Of a DNA stretch of 64,000 nt, positions 57,431 to 64,000 are shown in pieces. The notes below the pieces were generated by a model. The model had not been told where the DNA came from and did not search any database. It saw only the letters and a program-made list of their open reading frames with translations. How positions within the stretch are numbered: position 1 is the first letter of the stretch; each line of letters begins with the position of its first letter. The position numbers were made by a program, and so were the translations under genes. The stretch covers positions 3,640 to 67,639 of the forward strand of contig JALGZK010000010.1 in assembly GCA_025774935.1 (NCBI GenBank), in the 5' to 3' direction. Source of the stretch: a bacterium (GTDB lineage Bacteria > Joyebacterota > Joyebacteria > Joyebacterales > Joyebacteraceae).

Positions 57431-58315
57431 TCACTCCACGTTCTGGACCTGCTCGCGGAGTTTCTCGACCTCTTCCTTGAGCGACACGACCGTGTTCGAC
57501 ACGCCGATGTCGACGCTCTTCGACCCGATCGTGTTCGCCTCCCTGTGCATCTCCTGAACGAGGAAGTTCAACCGCTTCCCGACGGGCCCGCCTTCCTCGA
57601 TAACCTCGTGCGCGTGCGAGAGGTGCGCACCGAGCCGCACGAGCTCCTCGGTGAAGTCGGACCGCTCCGCGGCCATCACGATCTCCTGCGCGATGCGCGT
57701 CTCGTCCACCGGGGGCGTGTCGTCCATGAGCGCCGTAAGCCTCTCGCGGAGACGCTGCTTCGAGGCCTCGAGCGCCTCGGGCGCCGACCGCTCGAGCCCG
57801 GTCACGATGGACTTGATCGCGACGATCCTCTCCATCAGATCGTCGCGGAGCTTCGCTCCCTCCGTCTCGCGCATCGCCACGAGTCCGGCGAGGGCCTCGG
57901 TGAACGCGGGCTCGAAGAGCTGCCACACCTCGTCGGCCGCCGGGGTCTCGCCGTTCGTCTCGAAGACCTGAGGGAACTGGGACAGAACGGAGAGATCGAT
58001 CTCACCAGGGAGCGCGAGCGTCTCCTTGATCTCGCGGAGTTCCCTCACGAGGCTCCACGCGACGTCGCGGTTGAGGACGGCTCCTCCCGCTCCCGATTCG
58101 TCGCGCCACTCGACGTAGACCGTCATGCGGCCGCGATTGAGGGACGACTCGATGGCCTTTCGGATCTTGTCCTCGACCTGAAGGAGCAGTCGCGGGGCCT
58201 TGATCTGAACGTCGAGGAATCGCTGGTTGACCGACTTGAGCTCGACCCGGATGCGTCGCCCGCCGTCGGCCCGCTCCGAGCTACCGTAACCGGTCATGCT
58301 CCTGAGCACGGGCAC
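57431..58315 (-). CDS. yicC: YicC family stress-induced protein
   Basis: 294 aa; RSMTGYG N-terminus, YicC-type C-terminal motifs (EEGGPVGKRLNFLVQEMHREANTIGSKS). Confidence 0.85.
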   Translation of the reverse strand: MPVLRSMTGYGSSERADGGRRIRVELKSVNQRFLDVQIKAPRLLLQVEDKIRKAIESSLNRGRMTVYVEWRDESGAGGAVLNRDVAWSLVRELREIKETLALPGEIDLSVLSQFPQVFETNGETPAADEVWQLFEPAFTEALAGLVAMRETEGAKLRDDLMERIVAIKSIVTGLERSAPEALEASKQRLRERLTALMDDTPPVDETRIAQEIVMAAERSDFTEELVRLGAHLSHAHEVIEEGGPVGKRLNFLVQEMHREANTIGSKSVDIGVSNTVVSLKEEVEKLREQVQNVE

Positions 58316-58473
58316 CCCCTTCCGGATTTGACGTGAACAGATACTATACTCCGCCCCTGACCGGGAGTCAACGAAATGCTGAGCTTTTCGCCGGATTCGG
58401 GCGTTCTACGGGCCTTATTGACGAGCGCTCCGGGACACGGCTATACTGCCGCCGACATGCAGTTCGGTCCCCG

Positions 58474-59964
58474 ATGCAGAGGGAGGTCCCGCTGGACACG
58501 ACGGTCATCAGGAAGCTCGCGGACGAGATCTCCCCTCGAATCGAGGGGGCGAAGATCGCGGGCTCGACGCTCGCCGCCAGAGACTGCCTCGTCCTCGAGC
58601 TCCTCGCGGGCGACCGGCTGTTCCTGGTCGCGAGCACCATGCGCGCGATGCCCCTCGTCTTCCTGACGGATTCCCCGGACGACGTCCCCCCTTCCCGCGC
58701 GGAGCTCGACCCTGGACCCGAGCGCGAGCTCCGGAACTCCCGCGTTTCGTCGCTCCGGTTAGCGGGGACGGGCGACGTGCTCGAACTCCCCGTCGCGCGC
58801 ACCGACACGGCCGGGCGAACGGTGGAGCGCGTGCTCGCCGTAGACCTCGGGAGGAAGCCGGGCATCTCCGTCCGCGACGTCGCGCGACCCAGGACGCCAC
58901 CCGAGTCCGACGGACCGGCGGACGGCTCGGACGGCGCCGGCGCCGATGCCGCAACCGGCTCCGGCGCCACCGTCGCGTGGAGACACGACCGGTCGGGGCG
59001 CCTTCACGTCAGGCTCCGGACGGACGACGAAAGGGCAGATGCCGACGACGCCGGCCGGTTCGAAGGCAGGAACGCGTTCGAGAGCGCGAACGAGGCCGCC
59101 CGTTTCGCGTTCGCCCGTTTCTGGGACGAGCTCGACCACGAGCGGCGCCGCGGGGACGTCCGCCGCGCGATCGCCGCCGCCGTCCGCAGGAAGCGCCGCG
59201 CTGTCGGCAAGGTCCAGCGAGAGGTCGACGACGCGCGCAAGGCCGAGGAGTACCGCGCGAAGGGGCAGCTCATTCTCGCGAGGAAGGACTCGATCCCGCG
59301 CGGGCGGACGCCGATCGAGGTCCTCGACTTCGACAACGAGACGAAGATCACCATCGACGTCGACCCCGCGCTCGACCCCCAGAGGAACGCGGAGACCCTC
59401 TTCCGCCGAGCGAAGAAGGCCGAGCGCCGGGGCGAGCGCGCCCCGGCGAGGCTCGACGAGATCGAGACGGAGATGCGGGAGCTCGAGGAGCTCGAGGCGT
59501 CGGTCGCCGAGGCGTCCGACGAGGAACTCGCGGCCCTCGAGGAGCGCTTCCTGCGCCCCGCGATCGGGCGCGCGCGAGTGAAGACGCAGGCCGCGCGAGC
59601 GCGGTACCGGACCTACACGGTGTCGGGCGGCTGGCAGGTCCTCGTGGGGAAGTCGAACCGCGACAACGACGTCCTCTCGCACCGCATCGCGCGTCCGGAC
59701 GACCTTTGGTTCCACGCGCATCAGTCGGCGGGATCCCACGTCGTCCTCAGACGCGCCGGACGGAAGGAACAGCCGGACAAGAGAGCGATCCTGGAGGCCG
59801 CGGCGATCGCGGCGTACCACAGCAAGGCGGGGAAGTCCTCGAAGGTCTCCGTCTGCTACACGGAGAAGCGCCACGTAAGAAAACCGCGAGGCGCCAGACC
59901 GGGCCTCGCGGTCGTGAGTCGTGAGAAGGTCGTCATGGTAGAGCCGAAGCTCCCCGAGACATAG
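58474..59964 (+). CDS. NFACT-family RNA-binding protein (RqcH/FbpA-like; DUF814)
   Basis: ORF 58333..59964; start taken at internal ATG (MQREVPLDTTVIRKLADEISPRIEG); C-terminal DUF814 motif (VLVGKSNRDNDVLSHRIARPDDLWFHAHQSAGSHVVL); central coiled coil. Confidence 0.7.
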   Translation: MQREVPLDTTVIRKLADEISPRIEGAKIAGSTLAARDCLVLELLAGDRLFLVASTMRAMPLVFLTDSPDDVPPSRAELDPGPERELRNSRVSSLRLAGTGDVLELPVARTDTAGRTVERVLAVDLGRKPGISVRDVARPRTPPESDGPADGSDGAGADAATGSGATVAWRHDRSGRLHVRLRTDDERADADDAGRFEGRNAFESANEAARFAFARFWDELDHERRRGDVRRAIAAAVRRKRRAVGKVQREVDDARKAEEYRAKGQLILARKDSIPRGRTPIEVLDFDNETKITIDVDPALDPQRNAETLFRRAKKAERRGERAPARLDEIETEMRELEELEASVAEASDEELAALEERFLRPAIGRARVKTQAARARYRTYTVSGGWQVLVGKSNRDNDVLSHRIARPDDLWFHAHQSAGSHVVLRRAGRKEQPDKRAILEAAAIAAYHSKAGKSSKVSVCYTEKRHVRKPRGARPGLAVVSREKVVMVEPKLPET

Positions 59965-60002
59965 TGCCGGGGGCGCGATCTACGGCGCCCCTCCGGTCCC
60001 TC

Positions 60003-60410
60003 CTAGGCGCACTCCTCGTCCGGAACGAACCCGAGCGCGACCGAGTTGATGCAGTAGCGGAGACCCGTCGGCTCCGGGCCGTCGTCGAACACGTGCCCCA
60101 GATGCCCGCCGCAGCGCGCGCAGAGGACCTCCGTCTTCATCTCCCCGTCGGAGTCGTCCGGCGCGGTCTCGAGCGCATCGTTCCGGACGACCTCCCAGAA
60201 GCTAGGCCATCCCGTTCCCGACTCGTACTTCTTGTCGGAACGGAAGAGCTCGCTCCCGCATCCCGCGCAGACGTAGACGCCCTTGTCGGTCAGGAGGTAG
60301 TACTCCCCCGACCCGGCCAGCTCGGTCCCCTTCTCACGGAGAACCTGATACTGCTCCGGCGTGAGGGTCTTCCTCCACTCCTCCTCCGTCTTCACGATCT
60401 TCTCGGACAT
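60003..60410 (-). CDS. msrB: Peptide-methionine (R)-S-oxide reductase
   Basis: ORF 60003..60539; start at internal ATG ([14 protein letters not shown]) with GGGGGAG upstream; two CxxC pairs ([25 protein letters not shown]) and RYCINS active-site motif. Confidence 0.9.
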   Translation of the reverse strand: MSEKIVKTEEEWRKTLTPEQYQVLREKGTELAGSGEYYLLTDKGVYVCAGCGSELFRSDKKYESGTGWPSFWEVVRNDALETAPDDSDGEMKTEVLCARCGGHLGHVFDDGPEPTGLRYCINSVALGFVPDEECA

Positions 60411-60801
60411 CGTCTCCCCCCTGGACGAGCTCGTATTCGATGCCGAGGTCGGTGACGTCGTCGCGAGCCATGCCCGCGCTCCCCGCACCCTCCGCGTCCG
60501 TGCTCGCGTATGCGCTCTCGTCGTCCTCGCCGCCGTCAAGCAGACCTGCCGGTACCGGGCAGGAATACGGTCCTCAGCAGCCGGCGAGGAAGAAGCTCAC
60601 AATGAGCATCGAGAACAGCAGCAACTTGACAGCCATGGCCAACTCCTCTCACGGCAACCCCCGTCGCCTGAGAGCCTCGGCTGTATCTCGATGCACCAAT
60701 CGTGCCATTTGTCAATATGTTGCGGCTGAGTCCCCGTTCCGGCCATCTGGAGGCCGTATTCTGCCCCCGGGAACTCCTGAGTCACCACTCAGTATCCTAG
60801 T

Positions 60802-61563
60802 CTATGCGCTTCGGCTCGGAGTTTCAAGGGCCTCGTCGCCGTCCGTTCGCGGGGGGTCGGGCCTCCTCCCCACCCTGCGGTCGGCCTCCGCCGTCCACTC
60901 ATCGATGGCGCGGTCGAGCTCCTCGACGGTGAGCGTCCCCTCAGCCGACCCTGGAATCGGCGCCCCCCGGCCCACGAAGCAGCGCGTGAACGGGAGCGCG
61001 ATGAGGTACCTGTCCCACGTGCCGGGGGTCACGAACGCGCGCCGCGCGCTCGTCGCGACGGGCACGATCGGGTACCCGAGCTTCTTCGCGAGAAGGAGAA
61101 CGCCCGGCTTCGACCTTCGCTCGGGACCGCGCGGCCCGTCGAGCGCGAACGCGGGAGGGTGTCCGTCTTCCACCACTCGCTTCATGTTCGAAAGCACCCG
61201 GGCCGCGTTCCGCTTCGTGGACCCGCGGACCGTCAGGAACCCGAGACGTTCGACGGCGCGCGACTGCACCTCCCCCGCCCAGCTCAGCTCCAGAAGGACG
61301 ACGATGCCCCAGTCCCGGTAGTTGGGCATCATCAGGTAGTAGCGCCCGTGCCAGAACGCGTAGATCACGCGGTTCCGGTCGAGCGGTTCGGTGTCCGGGT
61401 GGGTGTAGCTGGTGACTCGGAGCGTCTTCCAGTGAAGAACGATGAATGCCTGGATCACTCGCGCCAGGAAGTCGATGAACGCTTCCGACCGGGTGACCCG
61501 GCGTCTCGTCGACTTGAGTCGCGAGCGGAGACTCTCGCGGGGTGCGTCGCCGGGATTCGCCAT
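60802..61563 (-). CDS. DUF374 / lysophospholipid-acyltransferase-like family protein
   Basis: 253 aa; VIYAFWHGRYYLM and FALDGPRGP motifs resemble DUF374 acyltransferase-like proteins; assignment moderately confident. Confidence 0.6.
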   Translation of the reverse strand: MANPGDAPRESLRSRLKSTRRRVTRSEAFIDFLARVIQAFIVLHWKTLRVTSYTHPDTEPLDRNRVIYAFWHGRYYLMMPNYRDWGIVVLLELSWAGEVQSRAVERLGFLTVRGSTKRNAARVLSNMKRVVEDGHPPAFALDGPRGPERRSKPGVLLLAKKLGYPIVPVATSARRAFVTPGTWDRYLIALPFTRCFVGRGAPIPGSAEGTLTVEELDRAIDEWTAEADRRVGRRPDPPRTDGDEALETPSRSA

Positions 61564-61566
61564 CGA

Positions 61567-63126
61567 CTACTCCGTCGTCTCCTTGATCCAGTCGACCACC
61601 ATTCCGAGAACGAGCGGCGACATGGTCTCGTCGATGGACGCGTACTCGGTGGGAAGCCCGGTTATCGCCGTCTGGAACAGGTGGTTCAGTCCCTCGAGCT
61701 TCCGAACGGTGTAATCCTCGGCGCACCCGTCGTCGAGCGCGTCCTCGATCGCGTCGAGGTTCTCCTCGGCGGGGACCTGCAGGTCCTTCTCCCCGATCAG
61801 CGCGAGCACTGGACAACACACCTCGCGGAGCGTCGGTTCCGGATCGTACGTCAGGAAGAACATGAACCACGGAGCGAGGACGCGATCGATCTGCTCCTCG
61901 ATCTGTTCGTCGGTCGCGGTGGCTATCGCTATCTGCTGCGCCTCCGTCGCCTCTTCCGGGAGCTCCCTCAGGACGGAGCGGAGCCTCTCCCGCCTGGCAT
62001 CTTCGTCGCCCTCTTCTTTCAGGACCTCGAAGACACGCTCCTGGATGGCGCGGCTGCCGGCAACGTCCGCCTCCGTCGCGCCCGCCGCCCGCGAGATGAG
62101 CTCGGCCTGCGAGTAGAGGACCTCCTCCCCCGGCAGGCCCGGCGCTGCGAGCAGGACGAGGAACGCGACGTCGTCGTTACCCGCCGCGACCATCGGTCCG
62201 ATGATGCCGCCCTCGCTGTGCCCGATGAGACCGACCTTCGCGGGGTCGATCTCGTCGCGCGCCATGAGGTAGCGGAACCCGGCCTCGACGTCTCCCGCGA
62301 GATCCTCGGACGTCGACTGTGCCACGCTTCCCGTCGACCCGCCGATGCCGCGGTCGTCGACGCGGAGCACGGCGATCCCGCGCCGCGTGAGGTAGTCGGC
62401 CATCACCAGGAACGGTCGGTGCCCGAAGACCGCCTCGTCGCGGTCCTGCGCGCCCGAACCCGAGATGAGGATCGCCGCGGGAACGCGTTCCTCCGAATGC
62501 GGGATCGTGATCGACCCCGTGAGCGTGACGCCGTCCTTCTCGTTCGCGTACGTGACCTCCTCGGAGGCGTACGGGTACGGCTCCCTCGGCTCCTGGGCCC
62601 TCCGGACCTCCGGGAACTCCTCCAGGCGCGTGAGCGTGAGCGGCATCTCGATCGCCGCCTGACGCCACGTCCCGTCCATCGCGGTCGCGTCGTCGGCCAT
62701 CACGCCTTCGAAGTAGGCACCCGCGAACGACATCTCGAACCGCACGGTGTCTCCCCTGACGACGATCCTGTCGACTGGGAGGTCGGCGGCGCCCTGGTCC
62801 GGGCTGTCCATGAGCGACGAGAGGGTCCCGTCGTCCTCACGCCACACGCGGAAGATGATCCGGAAGTCCGAACCGTTCGGGAGCGTCAGGATGCCCTGCC
62901 AGAACCCCTCGGCTGCGCCGGACGCCGCTTCCTCGACGCGGCCGGAATCCGCGGCCGCCGCGCCCTCGGGGGTCCCGGACGCATCGTCGGGAGCGTCCTG
63001 TGCGAGAGCGGCGGAGGCGAACGCGATCGCGGCCAGGGCGATAAGGAGCACGAGGGTCCGGGCGATCGACCGGGCCGGCTTCCCCGGCACGGGCGCAGCC
63101 GGCGGTGACTTCGCGGGGGCTCTCAC
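61567..63126 (-). CDS. Secreted alpha/beta hydrolase (S9/dienelactone-hydrolase-like)
   Basis: 519 aa; signal peptide (LVLLIALAAIAFASAALA); nucleophile elbow GHSEGG; alpha/beta hydrolase fold C-terminal half. Confidence 0.7.
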   Translation of the reverse strand: MRAPAKSPPAAPVPGKPARSIARTLVLLIALAAIAFASAALAQDAPDDASGTPEGAAAADSGRVEEAASGAAEGFWQGILTLPNGSDFRIIFRVWREDDGTLSSLMDSPDQGAADLPVDRIVVRGDTVRFEMSFAGAYFEGVMADDATAMDGTWRQAAIEMPLTLTRLEEFPEVRRAQEPREPYPYASEEVTYANEKDGVTLTGSITIPHSEERVPAAILISGSGAQDRDEAVFGHRPFLVMADYLTRRGIAVLRVDDRGIGGSTGSVAQSTSEDLAGDVEAGFRYLMARDEIDPAKVGLIGHSEGGIIGPMVAAGNDDVAFLVLLAAPGLPGEEVLYSQAELISRAAGATEADVAGSRAIQERVFEVLKEEGDEDARRERLRSVLRELPEEATEAQQIAIATATDEQIEEQIDRVLAPWFMFFLTYDPEPTLREVCCPVLALIGEKDLQVPAEENLDAIEDALDDGCAEDYTVRKLEGLNHLFQTAITGLPTEYASIDETMSPLVLGMVVDWIKETTE

Positions 63127-63166
63127 GTTCGTTCCTCCTGTCCGTCGCGGCGCTCGGCCGCGCTCC

Positions 63167-64000
63167 TCACCGGATCTCGTAGGAGAGACACCAGTAGTAC
63201 CGGAAGAGCGTCACGACCGCGTCGTCGGTCGCCTCGGCGACCGCGGCGCGCAGCTCCTCCTCCGTCGGGAAGTTCTTCACGAGGAGGTACTCCGTCCCGT
63301 CCTCGAGGCGGCGCACCTGATACGTGTTGCCGTGCTCGTCCTCGTGCGAGAGCGGAGTGCTCTCGCCCTCGACGTACCGGTTGTCGAAGAAGACCACGTG
63401 CCCGCCGGACCCGAGCCGCTCGTGAAGGCTCTCGAGGAAGACCGGCAGGTCCTGCCGGGGGACGTGCGACCACCAGAACGCGCCGAGGGCCGCGGTGAAC
63501 GAGCCTTCGAGGTGATGCATCTCGTAGGCGTCGGCGACCGCGAACCTGACGCCGTCGGCCCCCTTCACCCTTAGCTCGGCGACCTCGGTCAGGGCCGGCG
63601 ACAGATCCGTCGCGACCACGGAGCTCGCGACCGCGGCGGCGACGTCGGTCCAGTAGCCGGTCCCGCAGGCGATCTCCAGGACGTCCTGGCCCGCGAGCTT
63701 CTCGCGCACCAGCCTCCGGAGCGCGGCCAGGTCCTTCTGGCGCTCCGGGCGCTCGTAGATGCGGTCGTACTCCGGAAGTCGGCGCTCGTAGTACTCGACG
63801 ATGTCGTCCGGACCGCGGTCCGCGTCGACGGCGGCAGCGGCGTCCGCCTGGATGACCTCGAGCACGAGGCCGTCGGGATCCCTGATGAAGACGCTCTCGT
63901 CTCCCGGTCTCCACCGCGACTCGAAGTCGACGTCGTGCTCCGCGAGATGCCTCACGGCCTCCGCGATGTTCTCGACGACGACGTCGAACGAGATCGAGGG
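63167..64000 (-). CDS. VOC (glyoxalase-like) domain fused to class I SAM-dependent methyltransferase; N-terminus beyond window end
   Basis: The reading frame stays open upstream of the track M at 63955 to the window edge (IAEAVRHLAEHDVDFE...); methyltransferase motif I VLEIACGTGYWT. Confidence 0.6.
   Translation of the reverse strand, partial: PSISFDVVVENIAEAVRHLAEHDVDFESRWRPGDESVFIRDPDGLVLEVIQADAAAAVDADRGPDDIVEYYERRLPEYDRIYERPERQKDLAALRRLVREKLAGQDVLEIACGTGYWTDVAAAVASSVVATDLSPALTEVAELRVKGADGVRFAVADAYEMHHLEGSFTAALGAFWWSHVPRQDLPVFLESLHERLGSGGHVVFFDNRYVEGESTPLSHEDEHGNTYQVRRLEDGTEYLLVKNFPTEEELRAAVAEATDDAVVTLFRYYWCLSYEIR

Noticed and set aside
59965-60002. Terminator between the convergent RqcH-like and msrB genes
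   Set aside because: Only a short 7-bp inverted repeat (GGGGCGC...GCGCCCC) without a following U-tract; too weak to call.
1-64000. CRISPR arrays, tRNA/rRNA genes, transposases, integrases or prophage content
   Set aside because: No regularly spaced direct repeats, no tRNA-like T-loop/acceptor structures in intergenic spaces, and no ORF with transposase or integrase motifs were seen; the window appears to be core chromosome plus an EPS locus.

Overview
High-GC (~67%) bacterial chromosomal segment, densely coding, with 53 of the 56 genes I call on the minus strand. The six-frame track is full of long Arg/Pro-rich antisense ORFs typical of high-GC DNA; I called genes only where the translation shows recognisable domain motifs, signal peptides or good Shine-Dalgarno context. 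The main feature is a ~27 kb exosortase/PEP-CTERM exopolysaccharide locus (about 8.5-35.7 kb, all minus strand): Wza-like exporter, Wzc-like tyrosine autokinase, WecB epimerase, a GT2 + small flippase + GT39 triad, an O-antigen-ligase/Wzy-like protein, a heparinase II/III-like lyase, several GT4 glycosyltransferases (one tandem GT4-GT4, one fused to a PglC-like phosphoglycosyltransferase), a CapK/PaaK-like adenylate-forming enzyme, a polysaccharide deacetylase, exosortase, EpsI, an uncharacterised membrane protein, a TPR lipoprotein and a sigma-54-dependent PrsR-like regulator. Many junctions have 4-nt ATGA/TTGA start-stop overlaps. Downstream lie a PEGA protein, two large FN3-repeat surface proteins (one with a T9SS-type C-terminal sorting domain) and a PEP-CTERM substrate protein, followed by a convergent WbpB/WbpD-like sugar-modification pair. 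The right half carries housekeeping genes (ddl, gltX, ispDF, radA, mlaFED, dnaB, coaBC, rpoZ, gmk, remA-like, yicC, msrB and others) plus a cluster of hypothetical proteins at 39.5-43.8 kb. I found no rRNA, tRNA, CRISPR array, transposase or integrase. SD-type ribosome-binding sites together with T9SS-type and PEP-CTERM sorting signals suggest a high-GC member of the FCB superphylum (for example Gemmatimonadota-like), but that is inference only. All coordinates were counted by hand against the ORF track and may be off by a few nucleotides; start codons are the least certain part.
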